A model generated the notes under the pieces. That model saw only the letters and a program-made list of their open reading frames with translations. It ran no database searches and was not told where the DNA came from. This document shows, piece after piece, positions 51,612-64,000 of a stretch of DNA of 64,000 nucleotides. Made by a program: the position numbers and the translations under genes. The stretch comes from Mustelus asterias (taxonomy: Eukaryota). The stretch covers positions 66,650,001 through 66,714,000 of the forward strand of contig NC_135803.1 of the NCBI RefSeq assembly GCF_964213995.1. Reading direction: 5' to 3'. Within the stretch, counting starts at the first letter, position 1. Each line of letters begins with the position of its first letter.

Positions 51612-51982
51612 TTGTTTTAAATCTCTTACTGCATTCACGTGTGTGTAAACTATTCTCTGGTTAGCTTATAAGTCTGATTTAGGGTCATTCAACTTAATGC
51701 TGGTAGTTCTGTCAGTGTCTTAAATGCCTAAGTGTTTAAAATCTTCTTTAACTACTAGGATATTTCCTTTCCCCAACAGTAAGCATTACGGGAAGAACAG
51801 TGTGGGTAAGGGTATTGTGCAAATGCTGCCATTATGATGCAAATTTGGTTGCTAAGAATTAAGAGATTAAGTTGCGAACAAGATGGTTATTACAATGGAT
51901 AAGTGTTAAGGGATGAGCAATATGGTTGAATAAGCTGTGATGGTATGGTACTTATCCACAAGAGTTATACTTTTAATAGGAC

Positions 51983-52807
51983 ATTGGCCCATAACTTCCT
52001 GGTTCCCCAGCATCGCATTTGGAGGTCCCCTCATGATTCACTGGGGAATCCCTCGAGGAAGTTCCCAGATAAGAGTTTATCCGGCAATTGCCCTGAAATG
52101 CTCACTTCCCCTGGACAATTGCAGTGCATTGGGAACCATCCAACAAAATGATTTAAATTGCTAACTTTGGATGTTTCTGTCAGTTTTACCCTGCTAGTTA
52201 CTCTGAGAGAGAAGAAAAATCACTTTTAACTTCAGAGTAATTATATAAACACCCAGACTAGCCTCACGAGACACACTGCGCACACACTACATCCCAGAGG
52301 ATCCCCCCAACCCCTCATCTAGTCCGACACGACCCTCTCCCCCCAGCTCAACCCCACACCCCCACACCAGACCAACCCGATACCCCTACTCCCCTGACCT
52401 GACCCAATCCCCCTTACTTCCAACCTGACCCGACCTCCTCACCCAGCTCCAACCCCCTCCCAGTCTCCTGGGCTCCCACCTGCCCTCCCGCCCCCTCAAC
52501 AATTGTCTGAACCACATACCTTTGAAACATAGCTTCTCCCTTCAAACTGTCCTTTTAAACCGCCCATTTAAACATCTCCTTTACTCAGTGAATTTTGTAA
52601 AAATGTTCTTTTGTCCCCTGTGCCCCAGTTATTCCACACTGATGTAGCTGGCGTAGAGTGAGGTGGGTACACTTTTCTGCTACTTTCTCACCCAGTCCAG
52701 GTGAGGAAGGTTGGTCAAGGCAGGGGCTTTATAAGTTATGCAAGGTTAAGTCCAACCAGAGTGACAATCCCCCAGAGGTTTCCATTCTGAGGAAGTTAGG
52801 GGCCAAT
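51983..52807. mobile_element. Non-autonomous TIR element
   Basis: 18-bp TIRs attggcccataacttcct / aggaagttaggggccaat (17/18 match); C-rich core. Confidence 0.8.
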
Positions 52808-53409
52808 ATTTTCATGAACAAAAGAATTCTGTAAACATTCATTTTTATCTGGGAAAGAAAAAAACTGGGAAGTTCTTCAGTCATTTTCCTCCTCGATATA
52901 CCTGCAATAACTAACAGCTCCTAGGCAGGGTGATCATCACAAGCAAGCAAAACACCTTTGTCAACGTCTTCCCTTGTTCCGCAGTCAGAGACAACACTCA
53001 GCATCGCACTTGTGTCCCTATAATGTACAACAATCAAAGGTTGAGAGGAACATCCCTTATGTGTTCATGATCATCATAATAATAATAACATCCAAGTGAG
53101 AGCAGGCGTTGAAATAGCAGACGTGGAATCACTTAGACAGCGCAGCAAATACTGGACCTTGGTATCAGATCTTGATTGACCAATATACTTACCATTTCTG
53201 TTCTCGTTTCAGATTTCTCGGGGGCTAAACTGGATAATTCCACCCCCCACACCCCTATCACTTACTTACCAATCTCTATCAATCAGGACTTACATCCAAC
53301 ATTCATGTGCATCACCCTCACACACTGAGCAGTGCTGTAATTCTCATGCCAACATCCACACACTGCCAGCTATTCAACCATAAGAGCCACACTTCCCTCG
53401 CTCTTGCAG

Positions 53410-54041
53410 GACAAATCGACACAGAGCCAGAGGCAAAAGAAAATAACTGGATGGACACTGACTTGCCTATGTGTCCTATCCCCCATGGAGGAGATCGTGC
53501 TGATCATTATTAGAATACCCATTGCTGAGGAAATGGAAAGCAATGGGGCTGAAACCATCAACGGTGATGGTCGCCTCACACCTAATCCTCCTCCTCACAT
53601 CCCACTTCTCCCTCATCCCTACTCTCTTCTGATTTGCAAGTTGCAGATGGTGTAAGCATGGATCTCTTTCTTTCATAACCCCTTTCCACATCACAACTTT
53701 ACCTTTGTGCCTTCTCCCTTTCAGATATCCAAGAAGTGCAACCTGTCCAGGCAGTGGAGGAGCATCAAGTAGACAGTGATGATGAAGACACAGCACAGTC
53801 ATTTGATTTTACAGTCATATTCTGACCTGTGCGTCTCTTAGAGACTAGACTAGAGGCAGAATCTGCACTTGGTGTGACGCTAGGCATCATTAACCTGAAG
53901 CCAGGACAGGGGCTAAGGTTAGGACAGATGCCAACTTGCCAGAGGGCAAGGCTGATCATGTGCTCCGATGCAGAGGATTCAAATGATGACTCAAGGGGCA
54001 GCCTGCAAACCAACGCTGATGGGCACAGCAGAAATGCTTGA
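53410..54041 (+). pseudogene. Harbinger-type Myb/SANT accessory gene remnant, two exons
   Basis: ttgcag|DKSTQSQRQKKITGW...LSPMEEIVLIII (cf. KxxxNxRExxxTGGG...LxPxEExxL); phase-1 intron 53570-53724; acidic second exon with an internal stop. Confidence 0.55.
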
Positions 54042-54829
54042 CGGAATTGGAAACAAACCAGAAAACCTGCTTGCAACGTCAAAATACCCTTCACTTTGGC
54101 CTTTATGAGACAGGCAGGAGAAAGGGTGAGGCATACATATGGTGAAATGCACAGAGACCCTGGGGGCGGTGGAAAGGAGAAGTCACACTATTTTTAGCAG
54201 TCATTAATTCAACTACAGAAAATCTAATTGCTCTTTTAAATGTCACAAAACAAACGGGTAGCTGAAAGTGCATTTGGACTACTTATTGTACACACATTTT
54301 CACTCGGTTACTCAGACAGAATGACATGAATATTTTATAACGCTCTGCATTATTCACACAAGCTTACTTAGTTACTGCAGTGACATGTTAAATCACAGAG
54401 GAAACCGACAGAGAATGTGTCAGATTCCAACTTTAATTATTTTCTTCTCTTCTTCAGTTCAAACAATGGGTCAAAAGGACACTTTCTAAATCACATCTAA
54501 ACCAATCAGCAACTTCAGTTTCCGCACTGGACTTGTGTTCAGTTTGAAGAAGTTTCATAAGACTGCAGCAATTTGAGAAATACCACCGCAAGAAAGCGGA
54601 TATTGGGGGGTGGGGGGGATCGCCAGGCTGCAAGCTCCGATTGTGAATTGTGATAGCCCAGAGAATTGGGCATCAGCACAAAAACGGGTTTTGCACCAGG
54701 CGCCAAACTTGTCACGATGCTCCCAGCCCATCCAGCCGGCCCCGACTGGGTTCCTGCCCATAGCGGGCGGGAAAGTCAGTGCTTTAAATGTAATTCGTGG
54801 GCTTGAAGCCTGATTCAATAGCTCACGCT

Positions 54830-55645
54830 CATCTTCATGCCCTCCTTACAATCACAAAAGCAACCCTCCACCATCATCTTTTGCCTCCTATTAGCAAGCC
54901 AATTTTGGATCCAATTTGACAACTTGCCTTAGATCCCATGGGCTCTAACCTTTTGGACCAACCTTCCATGTGGGAGTTTGTCAAAGGTCTTACTGAAGTC
55001 CATGTAAACCATATCAATTGTGCTACCCTCGTCAATATCCTTCATTACCTTTTCAAAAAACTCTATTAAATGAGTTAGGAGCTCCCAGCAACAAATCTGT
55101 ACAACAATCCAGTTGTTGATTAATCCTGTCCCTCAGAATTATTTCCAATAATTTCCCTACCACTGACATCAGACTAACTGGCCTGTAATTACCTGACTTA
55201 TCCCTGCTGCCCTTCTTGAATAAAGCTACCACATTAACTATCCCCCAGTCATCCGGCACTTCACCTGTGGAAGATTAAATATCTCTGTCAGGGCTCCTGT
55301 AATCTCTTCCCTTGCCTCCCATAGTAGCCTGGGATACATCTCATCAGGCCCTGGGGGATTATGCACTTTTATGCCTGCTAAAACATTTAATACCTCCTCC
55401 CTGTTAATCTTAACATGCTCTAGAACTTCACCATCCCAAATGAAATCTCCAGCTACAATGTCATTCTTCTGCGTGAATACAGATGAAAAATATTAATTTA
55501 AGACTTCACTCACATCCTCTGGCTCCACGCACAGATTGCCCATTTGGCCCCACTCTTTCCCTAGTCATCCTCTTGCTCTTAATATGCTTATAAAATGCCT
55601 TGGAGTTTTTGTTAATCTTATCTGCCAATGATATTTTGTGGCCCT
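54830..55645 (-). mobile_element. Decayed CR1 ORF2 fragment
   Basis: PDDWGIVNVVALFKKGSRDKSGNYRPVSLMSVVGKLLE; LADKINKNSKAFYKHIKSKRMTRERVGP. Confidence 0.9.
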
Positions 55646-55928
55646 TGTATCTTTTTTTTATCCTATGTTGTGAATTGTACCAATTCAAGAAATATAGTAG
55701 TTATTATTTGTGCAAATGATTGTTCAATAACTAATACCTCCGGATGAGATAAGAGTTTAGTGGAAGTATATCAACCCATTTGGTTAGTGCGGAATGGAAC
55801 AACAACCAAATTAGGCTAGGTATGGAAGAATCAGTGTATGTAAAAACCACAGGGATAGGGTACTACCTAGTTATTCATCAACTAGGGTCCATAGATACAT
55901 TCAGGAATGGACAGAAAATGTGGAATTA

Positions 55929-56188
55929 GGGCGGCACGGTGGTTAGCACTGCTGTCTCACAGCACCAGGGACGCGGGTTCAAATCCAGCCTCGAGTCACT
56001 GTCTGTGTGGAGTTTGCACATTCTCCCTCTCTTTCCTCTGGGTGCTCTGGTTTGGCCATGCTAAATTGCGCCTTAGTGTCAGGGAGACTAATAGGGTAAA
56101 TACGTGGGGTTACGGGGCTTGAGTGGGATTGTTGGTTCAAACTCGATGGGCTGAATGGCCTCCTTCTGCACTGTAGGGATTCTATGAT
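55929..56188 (+). mobile_element. HE1-type V-SINE (internal deletion), CR1-type tail
   Basis: tRNA head, partial V-domain, tail. Confidence 0.9.
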
Positions 56189-58699
56189 CCTAGGTGCCCA
56201 AGCTGCCATGGTCAGGACGGTACCTTGTTCATGAGTAAGCAAATTAGTGGCAGCTAGAGTGTGGTTGGTCAGCGCCAGAAGGTAGGAGTGGACTGCAGCC
56301 ACCACATGTGGAGTGTCAAGGTGGCTGGCTGTCTCACCAAGGAGGGGACCATGCCGAGAGGAGACTGAGTACAGCATGATGTTCGCCAGGTCGACCTGCA
56401 GTTTCCAAGGCGGGTGCCAGGTGACTCCAGCTTTGAACAAGAGAAAGGCACAGTTTTTAATAAAATATTATTTTATTAAATGTATTTACGTATTATGTAC
56501 GTAAACTTGAAGAAAGAGCACCAAAACACAAGTTCACTCAAGGTACCATTTCTCTAATTTACTAACCCACTAGAAAAGGAATCTTTTAAGCAAGGAAGTC
56601 TGAGAACCACTGTGCTATCTAATCCTCATTGAAGACGTTAATTTAAACATGGAACAGTTGCTTTGCTGTGTCTCTTGCGCTTAATTCTTGAGATTTGTAC
56701 CTATTGCACTGTGGCTTCTGACATTTATACAATTTAATTTATTTTCAGATCGATTTTTGTGTTAATTCGAGAGAGTGGTATCCATTTGCCGAAGTAGAAC
56801 ACCTTTATGTTTCTAATAATATTAGTAGCATCATGAATGCTCAAGTCAAGTCTCTTACCAGCCAAGTGTAGTGCTAAGCTGCTTCGACACAAACAAAGTC
56901 TGTGTTTTCAGTTCAATCTCAATGTTGACAATGGGGCAGGATTCTGGGGTTTGGATCAGGAGACTGACATCAAGGTCAAATGGGGGTCACAACCCTGAAC
57001 TGAGTGGGGAGCAGTAAACCAGCAGTGATTTAGTCCGAATTAGGCCAAGAAAGCAGACCCGCTATATAACTAAGGATGACGAGCAGGCTCAAAGCTGTAC
57101 GGCCAATAGGAGATTCTTCTGTTCAGAAGGAATAGCAGCCTGTAGTTCAGGTGAGAGAGAGGGGGGGCACGTCCATCTCCAAGTGTCCTCTCTGCAACTT
57201 ATAGAAGATTATAGTTTTAAATTGCTCCACAACCAGACAATGATGACCTGTGGCCACAGTTGCAGCCAGGAACGCAGGGAGGACCTCAAAGTCTCCCTGG
57301 AATGCCATATACACCACCACCCCATCCCATCCCCCTCAAGCAGAACTCTGGCCTGCCACTAGGTGGCAGTAGCTGGCCAGTTCTTGATGCCTCAGGGTGG
57401 GGGAGGGGACTGCAGACTAACTGGAAAAAGTATGTACCTTAATTAGTTACCCATTGTTTGCAGGTAGGTAACCCTTCTGACCCCGATCCCACCTCCAGGA
57501 AAATAGCTTTGGGCAATGGCTGGGGCTGGCAAACTGGCATGCTGCCAGGTGGTGCAAATTTTTGAATGGTGTCTCGATGTGAGATTAACTTGTGCTGAAT
57601 TCTTATTCGTAGGTTTGTGCTGCTGACATCCTCTGACTCAGTGCTAGACAGCTGTAAGCTTTCCCACACAGCCTCTGACAGATCAGAGAGATAAGTTGCT
57701 GCCGATCACTCTAAATGGATTTGAACTCCAATCCCAGCGGAGAAAAGAGAAAGGAGCTATCTCGCAATGCCACCCAATGGCTTTTATCCTTGATAATAAT
57801 CCAAGAACAAAATAGAAAAGGAACCTTCTGCTTTGGAAATCCGTGAAACCAGAACAGAGACGTGTGACTACTAAAATATTTAAATTATGCAACATAAGAC
57901 TGAGGAAAGATTTCCTCTTCAACAGATTCACTTTAATTTATGTGAAAATCCAATCAGGTGCGACTTCCTTGCTAATGAGCGAGAGAAGAACGAGTCACAT
58001 ATGGACAGATTTTCACATGTATAGGCAAAACTTCAAGAACGTGTTATATTAAAAAAAGGTGTGAAATCTTAATGCCATAATTTCCTCGTAAAAGAGTATT
58101 GCATTATATTGCTGATATAGACTACACGGAGTGAAACTGGCAATATATTTGCTGTTCTTAGGAACCCAGCTTCAAATGTTTGTGCTTATTGTGAAGGACC
58201 CTGTAGGGGCTTTTTCAGAGGCTAAGTATTGAACTGAACTTCAGCTAATACAAAGACCCGGGACACAGTATCCTGCTGAAAGACATTTATTGACCAACGT
58301 ATGTTGGGAGAGAAGGATTGGGCGGTCCAACACTTCTCTGAAGTTACATCACAGTGGCAATACAATTATACATCTTCCAAAAGACATTTTACCCACCCTC
58401 TGGCCTATCCCAGTTGGAAGTGAACCAATCACCATTAGTACAGGTCAATCATTATTAGTAAATGTCATATACTTTGACCAATTTCAGATATTCTCTGACA
58501 GCATGGGAACAATAAATTCTAGCGGTTTCTGCCTGACTTTCCCATGGCCACCTGTTGCCTGTTCCAGACTCTCATATCTGGTTGAAGCCTTTGTCCATTC
58601 ATTAGTCATAAGAACATAAGAAATAGGAGCAGGAGTAGGCCATCTAGCCCCTCGAGCCTGCCCCGCCATTCAATAAGATCATGGCTGATCTGACGTGGA

Positions 58700-59694
58700 T
58701 CAGTACCACTTACCCGCCTGATCCCCATAACCCTTAATTCCCTTACCGATCAGGAATCCATCCATCCGCGCTTTAAACATATTCAGCGAGGTAGCCTCCA
58801 CCACCTCAGTGGGCAGAGAATTCCAGAGATTCACCACCCTCTGGGAGAAGAAGTTCCTCCTCAACTCTGTCTTAAACCGACCCCCCTTTATTTTGAGGCT
58901 GTGTCCTCTAGTTTTAACTTCCTTACTAAGTGGAAAGAATCTCTCCGCCTCCACCCTATCCAGCCCCCGCATTATCTTATAAGTCTCCATAAGATCCCCC
59001 CTCATCCTTCTAAACTCCAACGAGTACAAACCCAATCTCCTCAGCCTCTCCTCATAATCCAAACCCCTCATCTCCGGTATCAACCTGGTGAACCTTCTCT
59101 GCACTCCCTCCAATGCCAATATATCCTTCCTCATATAAGGGGACCAATACTGCACACAGTATTCCAGCTGCGGCCTCACCAATGCCCTGTACAGGTGCAT
59201 CAAGACATCCCTGCTTTTATATTCTATCCCCTTCGCAATATAGGCCAACATCCCATTTGCCTTCTTGATCACCTGTTGTACCTGCAGACTGGGCTTTTGC
59301 GTCTCATGCACAAGGACCCCCAGGTCCCTTTGCACGGTAGCATGTTTTAATTTGTTTCCATTGAGATAGTAATCCCATTTGTTATTATTTCCTCCAAAGT
59401 GTATAACCTCGCATTTATCAACGTTATACTCCATTTGCCATATCCTCGCCCACTCACTCAGCCTGTCCAAATCTCTCTGCAGATCTTCTCCGTCCTCCAC
59501 ACGATTCACTTTTCCACTTATCTTTGTGTCGTCTGCAAACTTCGTTACCCTACACTCCGTCCCCTCCTCCAGATCATCTATATAAATGGTAAATAGTTGC
59601 GGCCCGAGTACCGATCCCTGCGGCACGCCACTAGTTACCTTCCTCCAACCGGAAAAACACCCATTTATTCCGACTCTTTGCTTCCTGTCGGATA
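58700..59694 (-). CDS. CR1 ORF2 reverse transcriptase, C-terminal part
   Basis: SGVPQGSVLGPQLF, KFADDTK, RPQLEYCVQYWSP, FFSQRVVNLWNSLP. Confidence 0.95.
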
Positions 59695-59758
59695 ACACAG
59701 TAAGAAGTTTAACAACACCAGGTTAAAGTCCAACAGGTTTATTTGGTAGCAAAAGCCA

Positions 59759-59795
59759 CACAAGCTTTCGAGGCTCTGAGCCCCTTCTTCAGGTG
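59759..59795 (-). ncRNA. Minimal type-I hammerhead ribozyme motif
   Basis: cac-CUGAAGA-a-ggggcu(cag)agccuc-GAAA-gc-UU-gug. Confidence 0.78.
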
Positions 59796-60077
59796 AGTGG
59801 GAATTCTGTTCACAAACAGAACTTATAAGACACAGACTCAATTTACATGAATAATGGTTGGAATGCGAATACTTACAACTAATCCAGTCTTTAAGAAACA
59901 AAACAATGGGAGTGGAGAGAGCATCAAGACAGGCTAAAAAGATGTGTATTGTCTCCAGACAAGACAGCCAGTGAAACTCTGCAGGTCCACGCAACTGTGG
60001 GAGTTACAAATAGTGTGACATAAATTCTGATTCTAGGATCGCATGATAAAGACTCAGGAGGAAAAAAGCAGAAATAT

Positions 60078-60462
60078 TTATGTGAAATAGTGTGACATAA
60101 ACCCAATATCCCGGTTGAGGCCGTCCTTGTGTGTGCGGAACCTGGCTATCAGTTTCTGCTCCGCGACTCTGCGCTGTCGTGTGTCGCGAAGGCCGCCTTG
60201 GAGAACGCTTACCCGAATATCAGAGGCCGAATGCCCGTGACCGCTGAAGTGCTCCCCAACAGGAAGAGAACAGTCTTGCCTGGTGATTGTCGAGCGGTGT
60301 TCATTCATCCGTTGTCGCAGCGTCTGCATAGTTTCCCCAATGTACCATGCCTCGGGACATCCTTTCTTGCAGCGTATCAGGTAGACAACGTTGGCCGAGT
60401 TGCAAGAGTATGTACCGTGTACCTGGTGGATGGTGTTCTCACGTGAGATGATGGCATCTGTG
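60078..60462 (-). CDS. PLE GIY-YIG endonuclease domain (probably Neptune-type)
   Basis: SCNSANVVYLIRCKKGCPEAWYIGETMQTLRQRMNEHR...VGEHF...AEQKLI...GLNRDIG; no internal stops; the first ~9 codons of the listed ORF come from flanking CR1. Confidence 0.93.
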
Positions 60463-60655
60463 TCCTGTCGGATAGCCAGTCCCCAATCCACTTTAACACA
60501 CTACCCCCAACTCCGTGTGCCCTAATCTTCTTCAGTAGCCTTTTATGGGGCACCTTATCAAACGCCTTTTGGAAATCCAAAAACACCGCATCCACCGGTT
60601 CTCCTCCATCAACCGCCCTAGTCACATCTTCATAAAAATCCAACATGTTCGTCAT
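60463..60655 (-). CDS. CR1 ORF2 RT, part upstream of the PLE insertion
   Basis: TNMLDFYEDVT...VDAVFLDFQKAFDKVPHKRLL...WIGDWLSDR. Confidence 0.93.
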
Positions 60656-60776
60656 CTGAGTTCACTAGCTTTGCCCTCAGCTTATGAATTTTCTATTCAT
60701 AAGGATTGTCTAGAGTCCACATCAATAAGAGCTCTGCTTCTGTGAGTGTATTGTTTTAAAGAACGTGGTTCACTTT

Positions 60777-61116
60777 CATAGAATCGTAGAATCATAGAAT
60801 CTCCAGTGCAAAAGGAGGCCATTTGGCCCATCGAGCCTGCACCAACCATAATTTCACCCAGGTCCTATCCTATCCTCGTAACTCCACATATTTACCCTCC
60901 TAATCCCCCTGACATTAAAAGGCAATTTATCATGGCCAATCAACTGAACCCACACATATTCAGACTGTGGGAGGAAACCGGAGCACCCGGAGGAAACCCC
61001 CACGGACACAGAGAGAAACTGCAAACTCCTTACAAATAGTCACCTGAGGCCGAAATTGAACCCAGGTCCCAGGCATTCTGAGGCAGCAGTGCTAACCACT
61101 GTGCCACCGTGCCACC
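60777..61116 (-). mobile_element. HE1-type V-SINE, CR1-type tail
   Basis: (catagaat)n tail, V-domain, tRNA head. Confidence 0.95.
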
Positions 61117-61872
61117 ACTTTACTGGACTATTTTCCCATGATGCCTTAGAACTTTGTGCCATTAGTCAAGCTGCAACACACTTTTCAGAAAAAACATGTT
61201 TAAATTATTTAACTGTGGTTATATGTGTTTCCATGCAGACAATACCTCTGCAAAATAAATGTATAAGGCAGTCTATGATTCTTATCCTAAAGTAATCCAC
61301 TCTATTTTAATAGTCTTTGTTAGCGTTTTAAATCCTAGAGTATTTCAAATTCCTCTAACAGACCCCAAGGTTTAAGAGAATAAGAGAAGATACTTTAAGA
61401 AATAAATTAAAATAATTATCAGGAGGCACCAAGTTTTTGATGTTTGAATGACAGGAGAATGTGGGAATGAGCATAAGAAAGAAATCGGAGCATAAGTTGT
61501 AGGTAGAGAAAGAACGCTACAACAATGATTTAATAACAGTAATGGCAATAGTGGCTTTAAAATGGCTATTCTGGCTGAAAGCTACACATGCTGGGATTTT
61601 TTTAAGTAATTTCACAGGTTGTTCGAGCCATGTGATCAGTTTCTAGTTACATAATTGGCTGGATGACAGAGAATCTTCCGGAAGTGAGTGGAGAATTGTG
61701 GATAAAAAGACATGTGAGTTCTTTGTTTAGCAGTGATAACTCGAAGAGACCAACCATCGCAAGAAGACCTGTACTCAAAGAAGGAGAAGATAGATTCTAC
61801 ATCGAGGATATTTCTTGTTCAAGGTTTGCCGAAACTCAGTAGTATCTATTTTCAGTTAAATAGTTAAAGTTG

Positions 61873-64000
61873 ATAGAACATAGAACGTTACAGCACAGAA
61901 CAGGCCCTTCGGCCCACGATGTTGTGCCGAGCTTTATCTGAAACCAAGATCAAGCTATCCCACTCCCTATCATCCTGGTGTGCTCCATGTGCCTATCCAA
62001 TAACCGCTTAAATGTTCCTAAAGTGTCTGACTCCACTATCACTGCAGGCAGTCCATTCCACACCCCAACCACTCTCTGCGTAAAGAACCTACCTCTGATA
62101 TCCTTCCTGTATCTCCCACCACGAACCCTATAGTTATGATCCCTTGTAATAGCTCCATCCACCCGAGGAAATAGTCTTTGAACGTTCACTCTATCTATCC
62201 CCTTCATCATTTTATAAACCTCTATTAAGTCTCCCCTCAGCCTCCTCCGCTCCAGAGAGAACAGCCCTAGCTCCCTCAACCTTTCCTCATAAGACCTACC
62301 CTCCAAACCAGGCAGCATCCTGGTAAATCTCCTCTGCACTCTTTCCAGCGCTTCCACATCCTTCTTATAGTGAGGTGACCAGAACTGCACACAATATTCC
62401 AAATGTGGTCTCACCAAGGTCCTGTACAGTTGCAGCATAACCCCACGGCTCTTAAACTCCAACCCCCTGTTAATAAAAGCTAACACACTATAGGCCTTCT
62501 TCACAGCTCTGTCCACTTGAGTGGCAACCTTTAGAGATCTGTGGATATGAACCCCAAGATCTCTCTGTTCCTCCACAGTCTTCAGAACCCTACCATTGAC
62601 CCTGTAATCCACATTTAAATTAGTCCTACCAAAATGAATCACCTCACATTTATCAGGGTTAAACTCCATTTGCCATTTTTCAGCCCAGCTTTGCATCCTA
62701 TCTATGTCTCTTTGCAGCCTACAACAGCCCTCCACCTCATCCACTACTCCACCAATCTTGGTGTCATCAGCAAATTTACTGATCCACCCTTCAGCCCCCT
62801 CCTCTAAGTCATTAATAAAAATCACAAAGAGCAGAGGACCAAGCTCTGATCCCTGCGGCACTCCGCTAGCAACCTGCCTCCAATCCGAAAATTTTCCATC
62901 GACCACCACCCTCTGTCTTCGATCAGACAGCCAGTTACCTATCCAATCGGCCAACTTTCCCTCTATCCCACACCTCCTCACTTTCATCATAAGTCGACCA
63001 TGGGGGACCTTATCAAACGCCTTACTAAAATCCATGTATATGACATCAACTGCCCTACCTTCATTAACACACTTAGTTACCTCCTCAAAAAATTCTATCA
63101 AATTTGTGAGGCACGACTTGCCCTTCACGAATCCGTGCTGACTATCCCGGATTAATCCGCATCTTTCTAAATGGTCGTAAATCCCATCTCTAAGGACCTT
63201 TTCAATCAATTTACCAACCACCGAAGTAAGACTAACCGGTCTATAATTACCAGGGTCATTTCTATTCCCTTTCTTAAACAGAGGAACAACATTCGCCATT
63301 CTCCAGTCCTCTGGCACCATCCCCGTGGACAGCGAGGACCCAAAGATCAAAGCCAAAGGCTCTGCAATCTCATCCCTTGCCTCCCAAAGAATCCTAGGAT
63401 ACATTTAATCAGGCCCAGGGGACTTATCGACCTTCAGTTTATTCAAAACTGCCAGGACATCCTCCCTCTGAACATCTATTTCCTCCAACCTATTAGCCTG
63501 TAACACCTTCTCTTCCTCAAAAACATGGCCCCTCTCCTTGGTGAACACTGAAGAAAAGTATTCATTCATCACCTCGCCTATCTCTACTGACTCCATACAC
63601 AAGTTCCCACTACTGTCCTTGACCGGCCCTAACCTCACCCTGGTCATTCTTTTATTCCTCACATAAGAGTAAAAAGCCTTGGGGTTTTCCTTGATCCGAC
63701 CCGCCAAGGACTTCTCGTGTCCCCTCCTAGCTCTCCTAAGCCCCTTTTTCAACTCATTCCTTGCTAACTTGTAACCCTCAATCGAGCCATCTGAACCTTG
63801 TTTCCTCATCCCTACATAAGCTTCCCTCTTCCTTTTCACAAGACATTCCATCTCTTTCGTGAACCATGGTTCCCTCACTCGGCCATTTCCTCCCTGCCTG
63901 ACAGGGACATACCTATCAAGGACATCCAGTATTTGTTCCTTGAAAAAGTTCCACTTTTCATTAGTTCCTTTCTCTGACAGTTTCTGTTCCCAACTTATGC
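61873..64000 (-). mobile_element. Young CR1 LINE running off the window end
   Basis: (atagaac)n tail, 3' UTR and ORF2. Confidence 0.97.
61950..63998 (-). pseudogene. CR1 ORF2 (linker + RT) with one in-frame stop at 63405-63407
   Basis: One frame from the window end (ISWEQKLSEK...REPWFTK) to KSPGPD*MYPRIL, then NYRPVSL, QHGF, YMDFSKAFDKVPH, GVPQGS, FADDTK. Confidence 0.93.

Larger units (their letters stand above)
59695..60462 (-). mobile_element. 5'-truncated Penelope-like element with 12-bp TSD
   Basis: TSD tcctgtcggata at 59683-59694 and 60463-60474; GIY-YIG ORF, 3' UTR and HHR-bearing terminus. Confidence 0.95.
58607..60655 (-). mobile_element. Young 5'-truncated CR1 LINE, interrupted by a PLE
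   Basis: (cataagaa)n tail; RT frame uninterrupted once 59695-60462 and one TSD copy are removed; gtcat at both ends. Confidence 0.97.

Noticed and set aside
55979-56440. 153-aa minus-strand ORF
   Set aside because: Almost half is SINE sequence and the rest has no recognisable motif; a Harbinger origin could not be supported
1053-61295. Recurrent short ORFs such as WLALLLHS...GHCLCGVCTFS and MVSTAASQ...WSLHILPVSAWVS
   Set aside because: Incidental translations of V-SINE copies, not a gene family
58901-63503. Plus-strand ORFs of 100-150 aa
   Set aside because: Antisense shadows of CR1/PLE coding sequence
1-64000. CRISPR arrays, rRNA, prokaryotic operons
   Set aside because: No repeat-spacer array or rRNA motif seen; the sequence is vertebrate repeat-rich DNA

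Overview
Repeat-dense eukaryotic genomic DNA, almost certainly from an elasmobranch (shark). The call rests on 14 HE1-type V-SINEs plus CR1, L2 and Rex1/Babar LINEs. I recognise no host protein-coding gene, so the window looks intronic or intergenic, and almost all listed ORFs are incidental frames in repeats. Real coding material is transposon-derived: two young CR1 ORF2 (RT) copies on the minus strand at the right end, a Penelope-like element (PLE) GIY-YIG endonuclease inserted into one of them, a decayed PLE RT, a decayed Gypsy LTR element whose Gag start runs into a long coiled-coil frame, and a spliced Harbinger Myb/SANT remnant. The most notable signal is a set of four PLE-terminus insertions, each with a 10-12 bp target-site duplication. 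Three carry minimal type-I hammerhead ribozyme (HHR) motifs whose stem I covaries between copies. One is a 257-bp non-coding element forming a near-perfect 98-bp inverted repeat with a ribozyme on each strand. Repeat-free, TF-motif-rich islands may be conserved enhancers, but this cannot be shown from the sequence alone. Boundaries of old repeats are approximate and family names come from recall, not searches.
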